This document shows, one piece after another, positions 30,655-40,492 of a DNA stretch of 64,000 nucleotides. The DNA lies in contig JBAZNP010000001.1 in NCBI GenBank assembly GCA_041649155.1, positions 430,564-494,563 of the forward strand, in the 5' to 3' direction. Positions within the stretch are counted from its first letter, which is position 1. Each line of letters opens with the position of its first letter. Origin of the DNA: Patescibacteria group bacterium (GTDB lineage: Bacteria > Patescibacteriota > UBA1384 > XYA2-FULL-43-10 > 1-14-0-10-43-13). A model generated the notes under the pieces. It had not been told where the DNA came from. It ran no database searches and saw nothing but the letters and a program-made list of their open reading frames with translations. Made by a program: the position numbers and the translations under genes.

Positions 30655-31842
30655 ATGAAAATTGGAATTTTTACAGAATGTTATTTGCCGGTGATGAATG
30701 GGGTAGTTGTTTCGGTTGAAACATTTAAAAAGGCCCTAGAAGAAAGGGGCCATGAGGTTTTTATATTCGCACCGGAGCATCCTGAAGCGGAGGATCAAAA
30801 AAATGTTTATCGATTTCCTTCAATTACCGATCCGAAGGGACGGCTTTATCCGATATTATTTCCATCGGTGGAAGTTGAAAAAATCTATCTGCCAGAAGAA
30901 GTGATAAGGGATTTAGACATTGTACATGCGCAACATATGTTCACTGCCGGAAGACTGGCTCGATATGTAGCTAAAAAATATGACAAGCCTTTGGTCTACA
31001 CTTATCACACATTAATTGCAGAATATACCCACTATGCAGGCATATTTTCTTCAGTAGTTCGAGCTTATCTCAAGAATATGTCCAAGCGTTTTTGTAATAC
31101 TTGCGACCAAATTGTTACTCCTTCAAAATCAATGAAGAAAATATTGCTAGAATATGGAGTAAAAACTCCTATTGGTGTTGTGATGACAGGAATTGAACCT
31201 AAAAACTATAAGCATCGAGAGAGCTCTGATATTCGAAAAAAATATAATATTCCGGAAGGCGATAAAATTTGCTTGTATTTATCACGAATTGCTAAGGAAA
31301 AAAATCTTGATTTTCTTTTTAAGGCATTTGTAAAAATCAAAAAAGCCTATCCAAAATGCCATTTACTTATGGTCGGCGGGGGACCGGAGGAGAGGTGGTG
31401 CAAGGACAGAATTAAGGAATTAAAAATTCAAAAATCAGTCACATTGACCGGAATGTTACCTAAAGAGGAAGCTAATAAAGCCTTTGGTTTGGCTGATTTA
31501 TTCACCTTTCCGTCATATACAGAAACTCAAGGAATTGTAGTGGCTGAGGCAATGGCATCAGGCACACCTCCGGTAGCAGTTGGGAAAATGGGGCCGACTG
31601 ATTTGATACACGATGGCAAAGATGGTTATTTGACTAAGCTCAATATTAAAGATTTTGCAGACAAGACGGTGAAGCTCTTAAAAGACGATGAATTACGGGA
31701 AAATTTTGCTAAAGAAGGTCTTTCAAGGGTTGATGAATTTTCAACTGAAACTTCTGTTGATGACATGTTGAAAATTTATGAGAAGGTTGTGAGAGAAAAG
31801 AAGATTCAGAACGAAGAAGCTCTGCTCAGAGAAGCAAGCTAG
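30655..31842 (+). CDS. GT4-family glycosyltransferase
   Basis: MKIGIFTECYLPVMNGV, YTYHT, ETQGIVVAEAMASG. Confidence 0.92.
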   Translation: MKIGIFTECYLPVMNGVVVSVETFKKALEERGHEVFIFAPEHPEAEDQKNVYRFPSITDPKGRLYPILFPSVEVEKIYLPEEVIRDLDIVHAQHMFTAGRLARYVAKKYDKPLVYTYHTLIAEYTHYAGIFSSVVRAYLKNMSKRFCNTCDQIVTPSKSMKKILLEYGVKTPIGVVMTGIEPKNYKHRESSDIRKKYNIPEGDKICLYLSRIAKEKNLDFLFKAFVKIKKAYPKCHLLMVGGGPEERWCKDRIKELKIQKSVTLTGMLPKEEANKAFGLADLFTFPSYTETQGIVVAEAMASGTPPVAVGKMGPTDLIHDGKDGYLTKLNIKDFADKTVKLLKDDELRENFAKEGLSRVDEFSTETSVDDMLKIYEKVVREKKIQNEEALLREAS

Positions 31843-32075
31843 CGATTATTGAGAATACCTTCTGTTTCTTTTGAAACAAATCGGTTTATCAAATCTCTTT
31901 GATCCATGTTCGTTGTATCTATTCCCAGCGATTCAAGATGATCCTTAACCTCCCGAACTTTTTTTGATCTTTCTTCATTTGGCATTTTGTCTAGCTTTCC
32001 GTTCATCTCTTCAATTTCCTGCTCTTTCGCGGACAAGACTTCATTTATTTGTGAGAAACCATTTTCTATGCCCAT
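31839..32075 (-). CDS. Small hypothetical protein
   Basis: AAGGAG RBS, 78 aa, charged. Confidence 0.6.
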   Translation of the reverse strand: MGIENGFSQINEVLSAKEQEIEEMNGKLDKMPNEERSKKVREVKDHLESLGIDTTNMDQRDLINRFVSKETEGILNNR

Positions 32076-32221
32076 TTTTCTCCTTATTTTAATTTCTTAA
32101 ATTATAACAAAAAATATTATTTAAGTTTATTGAATTAACATTATTGACATATTTTTGTGGAAATGTTACCTTACATGTAATAGCACATAAGCGTATAAGC
32201 TAATAAGTAGTAAGCAAAATT

Positions 32222-32428
32222 ATGAAAAACATTTCAACAAACAAATTGCAAAATGAATTATCAAAAGTGATTAAGGAAGTTGAGGGTGGGGAAGTCTATC
32301 AGGTGGCACGATATTCAAAACCGGTGGCTTATCTTGTTTCGCGTGAAAAATACGAAGACTTGATTAATAAGAGCAGCTGTAAAGAGTGTATGGAAGACCT
32401 CAGGAAGATAACAAAAAAATTGACCTAG
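32222..32428 (+). CDS. Phd/YefM-family antitoxin-like protein
   Basis: ISTNKLQNELSKVIKEVEGGEVYQVARYSKPVAYLVS..YE. Confidence 0.82.
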   Translation: MKNISTNKLQNELSKVIKEVEGGEVYQVARYSKPVAYLVSREKYEDLINKSSCKECMEDLRKITKKLT

Positions 32429-32477
32429 CTATCATTTTAATTTTCAATTTAAATTATAAATTAGTAAATTTTAAATT

Positions 32478-33656
32478 ATGAATATATATTTAGATAATGC
32501 GGCGACTACAAATATTGATCCGAAAGTAGTTGAGGCGATGAATAAATCGTACCAATTTTTTGGTAATCCATCTTCTTTGCATACTTTTGGACAGGAGGCC
32601 AGAAAATTGGTTGACCAGTCTCGAGACACAGTGGCGGAATTTTTGAATTGCAAACCAACTGAAGTGATTTTTACATCAGGTGGAAGCGAATCGGATAATT
32701 TGGCGATCAGAGGAATAGTTAACAGTATACAGATAACAGATAACAGTATAAAACCACATGTTATTACTAGTGCGATTGAGCATCATGCGGTTTTGCATAC
32801 GGTACAGGATCTGGAAAAGGCCGGTAAAATTGAGGCAACTTATGTCAAACCGAATGAAAAAGGCATTATTCAGGTATCTGACGTTGAAGCGGCAATAAAG
32901 CCAAACACTGTTTTGGTTTCAATAATGTATGTGAATAATGAAGTTGGAACGGTTCAGCCAATTCGGGAAATCGGTAAAATTATTGAAAAAGAAAATAAAG
33001 ACAGAAAAGTACGAATATATTTTCACACTGACGCGGTGCAGGCTGCGGAATTTTTCAATATGGATACAAAATATTTGCACGTTGATCTTCTGACTCTTAC
33101 AGCTCACAAATTTCATGGTCCGAAAGGGATTGGGGTTTTATTTATAAAAAAAGGAACGCCGATTGAGCCGCAAATTATTGGTGGCGACCATGAGTTTAGA
33201 TTTAGAGCAGGAACGGAAAATGTAAGTTCAATAGTCGGTCTTAAGACCGTTATTGAGCTGGTAGAAGGTAGAAGGAAGAAGGTGGAGGGAATTAAGAAAT
33301 TAAGGGACAAATTGGAGGATTGGATATTAAAAAATATACTGGAAACGTATTTAAATGGTGATAAGGAGAATCGAAGCCCGGTCATTTCCAATATTAGTTT
33401 TAAGAATGCTGAGGGCGAGGCGATAATTTTAAATTTGGATTTTATGGGAATTGCTGTGTCGTCCGGTTCAGCCTGTACAGCCAGAAGTCTTGATCCGAGT
33501 CATGTTTTGATGGCGATGAACACGCCGCGTGAGTTGTCACATGGTGCAATTAGATTTTCTCTAAGTCGGGAGACAACAGAAGAAGAAATTGACAGGGTTA
33601 TTGAAGTGCTTCCTGGTATTATAAAAAAATTAAGGGAGATGAGCCCTTTTGGATAA
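32478..33656 (+). CDS. iscS: Cysteine desulfurase
   Basis: YLDNAATT, HTDAVQA, AHKFHGPKG, SSGSAC. Confidence 0.95.
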   Translation: MNIYLDNAATTNIDPKVVEAMNKSYQFFGNPSSLHTFGQEARKLVDQSRDTVAEFLNCKPTEVIFTSGGSESDNLAIRGIVNSIQITDNSIKPHVITSAIEHHAVLHTVQDLEKAGKIEATYVKPNEKGIIQVSDVEAAIKPNTVLVSIMYVNNEVGTVQPIREIGKIIEKENKDRKVRIYFHTDAVQAAEFFNMDTKYLHVDLLTLTAHKFHGPKGIGVLFIKKGTPIEPQIIGGDHEFRFRAGTENVSSIVGLKTVIELVEGRRKKVEGIKKLRDKLEDWILKNILETYLNGDKENRSPVISNISFKNAEGEAIILNLDFMGIAVSSGSACTARSLDPSHVLMAMNTPRELSHGAIRFSLSRETTEEEIDRVIEVLPGIIKKLREMSPFG

Positions 33657-33658
33657 AT

Positions 33659-33790
33659 ATTGTTATATTGTTGCATTGTTATATTGTTAACCGCCCCTAA
33701 CCCCTCGCTCCCACCCCCTCTGACTCCCCCTCGGGCAGGGGGAGAACCGCTTGAAAAGGAGGGGAACAATAAAGCAATATAGCAATATAA
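33659..33790. repeat. ATTGTTAT/AGCAAT octamer arms enclosing two nested BoxC/PIT-like motifs
   Basis: Four octamers, CCGCCCCTAACCCCTC[43-nt inner copy]CTTGAAAAGGAGGGG, then AACAATAAAGCAATATAGCAAT. Confidence 0.8.
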
Positions 33791-33806
33791 TTTTACGGAG
33801 TAAATT

Positions 33807-34196
33807 ATGGAACAATATACAGAAAAAGTAATGGATCACTTTGCTAACCCTCGTAACGTGGGTGAGATTAAGGATGCTGACGGTGTCGGGGAAGTTGGTA
33901 ATCTTAAGTGTGGTGACGTTATGAAAATTTATATTAAAGTGGAGAGTAGAGCTGGTGAAGAGTACATTGAAGATATAAAATTTAAGACTTTAGGCTGTGC
34001 AGCTGCCATTGCGTCTTCTTCGATGACTACCGAGCTGGCAAGAGGAAAAAAATTGGATGAAGCTCTGAAGATTTCCAAAGACGATATTAATGAAGCATTG
34101 GGCAAACTTCCCGCACCAAAATACCATTGCTCAATATTGGCGGCAGAAGGAATTAAAAAAGCAATCGAAGATTATAAATCAAAAAAGAAAGGTTAA
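33807..34196 (+). CDS. iscU: Fe-S scaffold IscU/NifU-like protein
   Basis: DHFANPRNVG, CGDVM, GCAAAIAS, KYHCS. Confidence 0.94.
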   Translation: MEQYTEKVMDHFANPRNVGEIKDADGVGEVGNLKCGDVMKIYIKVESRAGEEYIEDIKFKTLGCAAAIASSSMTTELARGKKLDEALKISKDDINEALGKLPAPKYHCSILAAEGIKKAIEDYKSKKKG

Positions 34197-34198
34197 TA

Positions 34199-34999
34199 GT
34201 GGATTTTTTTGACGGAAAAAAGATTAGAGATGAGATAATTAGTGATTTAAAAACAAAAGTTGCTAAGATGGATCGCAAACCTGGCCTAGCTGTTTTTTTG
34301 GTTGGGAATGATGTTGTTTGTGAGAGATATGTTGCTCTAAAGAAGCGTATAGCCGAAAGTATTGGTATATTTGTTAGAGTTTACAAATATGATGAAAACT
34401 GCGAGCAGAAAGAAATTATAAATAAGATAACTGAACTAAATTCGGACAATACAATCGACGGGATTATGGTTCAAATTCCCATTCCTAAGAATTTTGACAA
34501 ATTTGAGATCATTAACGCAATTAGTCCGGATAAAGATGTTGACGGTCTGCGTTTCTGCGGTGGTTTTCATTCTCATTTCACTCCTCCGGTAGTGCTAGCT
34601 ATTTTGAAAGCGGTTGAATTGGCCAATAAAAATATAGAAGAATGTGAGGTTTTAGTGATAGGCAGAGGCTTTTTGGTCGGCTGGCCTGTTGCTCAGTGTA
34701 TGGAAGAGGCAGTTAAAGGTCTTGTTATTGCTGACAGAAATACAAAAAATTTAAGCTCTATTACTAAAACTGCAGATGTCATTATTTCCGCTACTGGTGA
34801 AGCTGGTCTTATTAAACCTGATATGGTTAAGGACGGCGCGATTTTAATTGATGCCGGCACTGCTGAAGTTGGTGGAGAACTCTTGGGAGACATTGATACT
34901 GAATGTTATGGAAAAGCCTGTTACTACACGCCTGTTCCAGGTGGCATTGGTCCTGTGACTGTGGCGATGCTTTTGAAGAACTTAGTATTGACAAAATAA
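34199..34999 (+). CDS. folD: Methylenetetrahydrofolate dehydrogenase/cyclohydrolase
   Basis: DGIMVQIPIP, KDVDG, TPVPGGIGPVTVAML. Confidence 0.93.
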   Translation: MDFFDGKKIRDEIISDLKTKVAKMDRKPGLAVFLVGNDVVCERYVALKKRIAESIGIFVRVYKYDENCEQKEIINKITELNSDNTIDGIMVQIPIPKNFDKFEIINAISPDKDVDGLRFCGGFHSHFTPPVVLAILKAVELANKNIEECEVLVIGRGFLVGWPVAQCMEEAVKGLVIADRNTKNLSSITKTADVIISATGEAGLIKPDMVKDGAILIDAGTAEVGGELLGDIDTECYGKACYYTPVPGGIGPVTVAMLLKNLVLTK

Positions 35000-35037
35000 C
35001 TAAAATATTGTAAGCTGCTTAAGCTTTCGGAGGAATT

Positions 35038-35544
35038 ATGGGAGAAACGTATACGGGAGGTATCTTGGAAGAAGAACTTCTTGGAAGAATTGAGAGTGAA
35101 GGTGAAGTTAGCCTCAAAAATTTAAAAAAATACATCAAATACAGACAAGCTATTGATTTGGTGAAAAAAATTCAACCGAAAGATAGCGATCCGTCAGATC
35201 CAGAGCCATATTTTGCCAGCGATCTTTTTGCGGAGCTGGCCGAAGATTTGGAACTGGAAGATTATGGGAATCTACGGTACTATACGGCGGTTGGGTCCAG
35301 AATGGATTTTTTTCATGGAGTTGATGCTTTCTTTGAATGGGAGCTGGATGATGGGAGGATAGTTCAAGCAACAGTTGATCTCACTATGAATAGCGAAAAA
35401 GAGGATTATAAAGCCGACCTTGTTATTCAGGTGAAAGATGATGATCTTGACCTTGAAAATAATAGAGTGGCCTATAGGGATTTTGTTGTATCGGAGGCAA
35501 AAAAAATTGCAAGTATTCTTCGAATCAGGAGGGATCATATATGA
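35038..35544 (+). CDS. Hypothetical protein
   Basis: 168 aa, GGAGG RBS; D..HGVDAF..VDLT resembles a PD-(D/E)XK-like pattern, weakly. Confidence 0.65.
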   Translation: MGETYTGGILEEELLGRIESEGEVSLKNLKKYIKYRQAIDLVKKIQPKDSDPSDPEPYFASDLFAELAEDLELEDYGNLRYYTAVGSRMDFFHGVDAFFEWELDDGRIVQATVDLTMNSEKEDYKADLVIQVKDDDLDLENNRVAYRDFVVSEAKKIASILRIRRDHI

Positions 35545-35843
35545 ATGACGATCAGAAGAGTAAACTACTGGGAAGGATTAATCTGCCTTTGCCGGAGGGC
35601 GGCAAACAACCTAATATGTTTGAGCTTGCCAAGCCCTTTGATTACAAGGGCACGATCATCAGATCATTCTGCACGGGCTGCGGAATGATGATAGAAGTTC
35701 AGGAAATCAATGGTTTGGCAGATCTTGCTCATAAAGCAGGAATTACCGGCCAGGAAGATTTATCGGGTAAGTACTTTGAGGCAAAACAATGTCCTATTTG
35801 CAGCAATGATTTTACCGGGGTTGAGTTGAAGGAGATTAAATAA
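35541..35843 (+). CDS. Hypothetical zinc-binding protein
   Basis: CTGC and CPIC motifs; overlaps upstream stop. Confidence 0.65.
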   Translation: MNDDQKSKLLGRINLPLPEGGKQPNMFELAKPFDYKGTIIRSFCTGCGMMIEVQEINGLADLAHKAGITGQEDLSGKYFEAKQCPICSNDFTGVELKEIK

Positions 35844-35853
35844 GGAGGATATC

Positions 35854-35881
35854 ATAGGAGCGCCGAATTCGGCGCTCCTAT
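35854..35881. repeat. Perfect 28-bp palindrome
   Basis: ATAGGAGCGCCGAATTCGGCGCTCCTAT. Confidence 0.85.
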
Positions 35882-35925
35882 TTGCGTGTAGTGACAAATT
35901 TTGTTAAAAGTGGTATCATTTTTAG

Positions 35926-37086
35926 GTGAAAAAAATAACAGATATAAAATCTAAAAAAATAAAAGTTGCTATCGGCATGTCAGGCGGCGTTGACTCTTCG
36001 GTTGCGGCTAAATTGCTTAAAGATCAAGGCTATGAAGTGGTCGGTTTTATGATGAAACTTTGGCCCGGGTCTGAAATCAAATGTGATAAAGACAATGCTT
36101 GTTGCGATATAGACGGCTTACAGGATGCAAAGAGAATTGCGGCAATTTTAGATATTCCTTTTTATGTTGTTGATGTTAGGGAAAAATTTAAGAAGGAAGT
36201 GGTTGATTATTTCATTGAAGAATATAAAAACTTACGAACTCCTAACCCGTGTGTTAAGTGTAATGAAAAAATTAAATTTGGCTGGCTTCTGGATTTTGCC
36301 AAAAAAACCGGTTGTGATTATTTGGCGACTGGACACTACGCTCGAATTGCGAGCGATTCAGGCAGTTGTCAGTTGTCAGTTGTCAGTTGTCAGAATGGCA
36401 ACACAACTTTTCATCTGTTTAAAGGCAAGGATGAGAACAAGGATCAGTCATATTTTTTATATAGGTTAAATCAAGACCAGCTCAAGCATATTATCTTTCC
36501 TGTTGGCGAATATACCAAAGAGGAAGTGAGAGCGTTAGCAAAAAAGTGGAATTTGCCGGTTCATGAGAAGAAAGAGAGTCAGGAGATTTGTTTTATTCAG
36601 GAAAAAGATTACAGGGATTTTTTAAAGAAAAATATTCCGGCCGATTTTTTTAAGCCAGGTGAAATCGTAGATCTATTCGGAAATATTGTTGGTAAGCACG
36701 AAGGTCTTATTAATTATACGATTGGACAGAGAAGGGGCATCGCGCAAGATACAAGCAACAAGATACAAGATACAAAACCAATGTATGTGATTGGGTATAA
36801 TGTTGAGGAAAATCGGCTAATTGTTGGCGAAGATAAAGATATTTATAAAGATCATATGAATGTTGAAGATGTTCATTTTATTCAGAATCAAGAATCAAGA
36901 ATCAAGAATCAAGAAGATGTGCAGGTAAAAATTCGTTACAGGCACCCTGCGGTTCCTTGTAAGATCATAATTCATAATTCTAAATTCATGATTCAATTCA
37001 ACGAGCCTCAACGGGCGATTACACCAGGCCAAAGTGCGGTTTTTTACGAAGGAGAAGAGGTTCTAGGTGGGGGAATAATACAATAA
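35926..37086 (+). CDS. mnmA: tRNA 2-thiouridylase
   Basis: SGGVDS, PNPCVKCN, ATGHYAR, KDQSYFL, ESQEICF, TPGQSAVFY; four heptamer tracts in frame. Confidence 0.97.
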   Translation: MKKITDIKSKKIKVAIGMSGGVDSSVAAKLLKDQGYEVVGFMMKLWPGSEIKCDKDNACCDIDGLQDAKRIAAILDIPFYVVDVREKFKKEVVDYFIEEYKNLRTPNPCVKCNEKIKFGWLLDFAKKTGCDYLATGHYARIASDSGSCQLSVVSCQNGNTTFHLFKGKDENKDQSYFLYRLNQDQLKHIIFPVGEYTKEEVRALAKKWNLPVHEKKESQEICFIQEKDYRDFLKKNIPADFFKPGEIVDLFGNIVGKHEGLINYTIGQRRGIAQDTSNKIQDTKPMYVIGYNVEENRLIVGEDKDIYKDHMNVEDVHFIQNQESRIKNQEDVQVKIRYRHPAVPCKIIIHNSKFMIQFNEPQRAITPGQSAVFYEGEEVLGGGIIQ

Positions 37087-37132
37087 TTATTTACAACTCT
37101 AGTTTAAGATAACAGCTAGACATCAATTTTGT

Positions 37133-39283
37133 ATGTTAATTGATACCAAAATTCAATATATAACCGGCGTTGGTCCGAAAATGGCAACAAAACTCAATCG
37201 TCTAGGAATTGAAACTATTTCCGACCTCATTTTTTATTATCCAAGAGCGTACAAAGATTTCACCCAAATCAGCAAGATTGCTGATTTGGGACACCAAAGA
37301 AATTGTGAAGTCACTATCAAAGGTAACATTATCGGTATTGCTAATAAGAAAACCAGCCGAAGACAGTTTACGATTACGGAAGCGATAGTGGAGGATGGCA
37401 CGGGAAGCATCAAAGTTATTTGGTTTAATCAGCCTTTTTTGGCTAAAATGCTTAAGCCTGGTCGGGAAGTAATATTAAACGGCAAAATTGAATACAATTT
37501 TTACTCAAAGGAAATCGTAATGCAGTCTCCGGAAAGGGCAATTTGCGAGAGTATTGTTCCGATATATGGCGAAACAGAAGGGATGTCGAGCAAGTACATT
37601 GGGAAACTAGTCATGAGTATTATGAAGCATGCTTCAAGTATCGAGGAATGGCTACCGGAAAAATTATTGAATGAATATAATCTAATCGGTATTCAAGAGG
37701 CTCTTTTAAATATTCATCAGTCAAAAAACTCGGAAATGTTAGTGCGGGCAAGACAAAGAATCGCTTTTGATGAGCTTTTTATGATTGCTTTACGGGCGAA
37801 TTTGAGCAAAGAGGAGATTAAAAAAGAAAATGCGCCAGAGATAAAAATTGACGATGAGAAAATTGCTGAATTTGTAAAAGGTCTGCCTTTTGAGCTGACA
37901 GATGATCAAAAGAAATCGGCTTGGCAGATTATCAAAGATATTGCTCAAAATAAACCAATGAATCGCTTGTTAAATGGCGACGTGGGAAGTGGCAAAACAG
38001 TTGTGGCTGCAATCGCGGCGTTTGCGGTAGTAAAAGCAGGTTTTCGGGTAGTTTTTATGGTGCCGACGAGCATTCTTGCTAACCAGCACTATCAAACATT
38101 TTGCAAATTGTTTGAGAATAGTGATATTTCGATCGGATTGTTCACGCGAGAACGGCAAGAATTTGAATCACGAATCTCGAATCATGAATCAAGGGATGTT
38201 AAAAAAACACATAATTCAAAATTCATAATTCATAATTCTGACATAATTATCGGTACTCAGGCCTTAATTCAAAAGGGCGTCGAGTTGGAGAACGTTGGAT
38301 TAGTTGTTGTCGACGAACAACATAGGTTCGGCGTAAAACAACGCTCTGCGTTGCTTGAACTGAGAACCTGCCTGCCGGTAGGCGGGCTGACAACTGCTCA
38401 AAAAATGCGTCCTCACTTTTTGAGCATGACTGCTACACCAATTCCCAGAACGTTACATTTAGCTCTGTTTGGTGACTTGGATATTTCTGTGATTTTGCAA
38501 AAACCAGCTGACAGAAAAGAGGTTAAAACGCGGGTTGTTGAAGAAATTAATCGTAACAAAGCCTACGAGTTTATTCGTAAGCAAATTCAAGCTGGAAGAC
38601 AGGCATTCATTATTTGTCCTCTGATCGAGGACAAATCAATTTCTAATGACAAATTTCTAATTTCTAATCAAGTCCCAAATTCCAATAACCAAGAAGCGGA
38701 ACACAAGACGGTTGTGGCTGAGCATGAGAAGCTGAAAAAAATATTTCCGGAATTTAATATTGGAATGTTGCACGGAAAGCTAAAGTCAAAGGAAAAAGAC
38801 GAAATCATGAAGGGTTTTTCTGATAACAAAATAAATATTTTGGTCAGCACATCGGTTGTTGAAGTTGGAATTGATGTGCCAAATGCAACAGTAATGGCTA
38901 TTGAGGATGCAGAGCGCTTTGGTTTGGCACAAATTCACCAGTTCAGAGGGCGGGTTGGAAGATCTGATCATCAGTCATTTTGCTTCCTGTTTTCCTCTAC
39001 AATGAGTCATAAAGCGAGAAAACGTTTAGAGAGCCTAGAGATGACTTCTGACGGATTTCGTTTGGCAGAAATTGATCTGGAGACTCGCGGTCCAGGAGCT
39101 GTGTTTGGCACTGAACAGTCTGGTCTTCTTGATCTGAAAATGGCTGATTTCAGCGACAGAAATTTAATTGAACAGGCAAGCTCGGCTGCAAGGGGGATTG
39201 TCGAAAATGACCCTGAGCTCAAAAAGCATCCTTTGCTAGGGGAGAAGATTTCCAATTTTATACAAAACAAACATTTGGAGTGA
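37133..39283 (+). CDS. recG: ATP-dependent DNA helicase RecG
   Basis: GDVGSGKT, DEQHRFGV, MTATPIPRTL, HQFRGRVGR; several repeat inserts. Confidence 0.97.
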   Translation: MLIDTKIQYITGVGPKMATKLNRLGIETISDLIFYYPRAYKDFTQISKIADLGHQRNCEVTIKGNIIGIANKKTSRRQFTITEAIVEDGTGSIKVIWFNQPFLAKMLKPGREVILNGKIEYNFYSKEIVMQSPERAICESIVPIYGETEGMSSKYIGKLVMSIMKHASSIEEWLPEKLLNEYNLIGIQEALLNIHQSKNSEMLVRARQRIAFDELFMIALRANLSKEEIKKENAPEIKIDDEKIAEFVKGLPFELTDDQKKSAWQIIKDIAQNKPMNRLLNGDVGSGKTVVAAIAAFAVVKAGFRVVFMVPTSILANQHYQTFCKLFENSDISIGLFTRERQEFESRISNHESRDVKKTHNSKFIIHNSDIIIGTQALIQKGVELENVGLVVVDEQHRFGVKQRSALLELRTCLPVGGLTTAQKMRPHFLSMTATPIPRTLHLALFGDLDISVILQKPADRKEVKTRVVEEINRNKAYEFIRKQIQAGRQAFIICPLIEDKSISNDKFLISNQVPNSNNQEAEHKTVVAEHEKLKKIFPEFNIGMLHGKLKSKEKDEIMKGFSDNKINILVSTSVVEVGIDVPNATVMAIEDAERFGLAQIHQFRGRVGRSDHQSFCFLFSSTMSHKARKRLESLEMTSDGFRLAEIDLETRGPGAVFGTEQSGLLDLKMADFSDRNLIEQASSAARGIVENDPELKKHPLLGEKISNFIQNKHLE

Positions 39284-39362
39284 ACGAATAAAATGTGATA
39301 AAAATATCGTGGCCGCGCAAAAGTTATCACATTTTTATAGCTTTTTAATTTTTTCTTAATAG

Positions 39363-39908
39363 TTGTCTTTATATGATATCGATGTGGAAAAAGATGAATT
39401 TGATCTCGGTAATTTAGTCGAAAAATATCGCCTTTTGATTGGTGGTGGATTGCTTTCTTTGATCTTGATTGGAGCAGGAATTTTGTTGTGGCAGGAGAAT
39501 TTTGCGAAGCAAAATTCAGAATCAAGAATTACAAATCTTGAATCAAGAATTAATCAACTTGAAGATAAATATAAAGAGTATGAAGTATCTGGTATTAAGT
39601 ATCAGGCAGAGGAACAGGCTTCACAACAAAGTATTCCTGAACAGGGGCAGGTAGCAGGAGCAAGTAGTCAGAATGCAGATAACAGTAAACAGATAACAGC
39701 ATTAGCACCGGTCGGCGGGAAAATTAATATTAATACTGCGAGTGTGACTGAGCTCGATTCGTTATCGGGAATTGGTCCGACTTATGCTCAGCGGATTATC
39801 GATTACAGAAATTCAAATGGTGGTTTTAAGTCAATTGACGAGATCAAGAACGTAAAAGGCATCGGCGACAAGACTTTTGACAAGTTTAAAGATAGGATTA
39901 CGATTTAA
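39363..39908 (+). CDS. comEA: ComEA-family HhH DNA receptor
   Basis: TM, then [36 protein letters not shown]; start codon uncertain. Confidence 0.9.
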   Translation: MSLYDIDVEKDEFDLGNLVEKYRLLIGGGLLSLILIGAGILLWQENFAKQNSESRITNLESRINQLEDKYKEYEVSGIKYQAEEQASQQSIPEQGQVAGASSQNADNSKQITALAPVGGKININTASVTELDSLSGIGPTYAQRIIDYRNSNGGFKSIDEIKNVKGIGDKTFDKFKDRITI

Positions 39909-39948
39909 CGTTGTAAAAATAGTTGTTTTTGTGTACAATCTCAATATT

Positions 39949-40032
39949 GCGGGTGTGGTGAAATGGTATACACGGCAGTTTTAGGAACTGTTGCCGAAAG
40001 GCGTGGAGGTTCGAGTCCTCTCACCCGCACCA
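39949..40032 (+). tRNA. tRNA-Leu(TAG)
   Basis: GCGGGTG/CACCCGC acceptor, TAG anticodon, long variable arm, CCA. Confidence 0.96.
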
Positions 40033-40085
40033 AGAAGAATTTCCAATATTTGGGAGTTCTTTTTGGTATATGCTAATATTTAATT

Positions 40086-40241
40086 ATGAATGATAAAGAT
40101 GATCAAAAACATGATAATTTAGATGAGATTGAGGAAAAGCTGATCCTCGAAGAGCAGGAGAAGAGGAAAATTCCCATGTCTGTCTCAGGCAGGAGCGTTT
40201 TTGAGATCAAACGAATAAAGGATAATAATAAAAAAGATTAA
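40086..40241 (+). CDS. 51-aa hypothetical protein, below ORF-track cutoff
   Basis: MNDKDDQKHDNLDEIEEKLILEEQEKRKIPMSVSGRSVFEIKRIKDNNKKD, followed by hairpin plus U-tract at 40261-40288. Confidence 0.5.
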   Translation: MNDKDDQKHDNLDEIEEKLILEEQEKRKIPMSVSGRSVFEIKRIKDNNKKD

Positions 40242-40300
40242 ACTCATAATAGATATTTAAAAGGCCGGTGTTCAGCGGGTCTTTTTTTGAGCTTAATATA

Positions 40301-40329
40301 TTGACAAATACTTAAAAATAGTGTATAGT
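40301..40329 (+). promoter_or_regulatory. Sigma70-type promoter
   Basis: TTGACA-17 nt-TATAGT. Confidence 0.75.
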
Positions 40330-40341
40330 CTAGGCAACAAA

Positions 40342-40449
40342 GCTGAAGACCGATACCGCAAACTTGTTGAAAAACAAGGACGCAAAGCTAGATCGACTTA
40401 GGATCGATCCAAGGGCCTGAAAGTGGCAGCCAGTTGCCGAACCTTCGGC
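40342..40449 (+). promoter_or_regulatory. c-di-GMP-I (GEMM-I)-like riboswitch, variant
   Basis: GCAAA-CTTGTT-GAAA-AACAAG-GACGCAAAGCT ... GGGCCTGA ... GCAGCCAGTTGCCG; P1 GCTGAAG/CTTCGGC. Confidence 0.78.
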
Positions 40450-40492
40450 ATGATCTCAGCTTTGTAATACACTCCTACAGGGGGATGTTACA

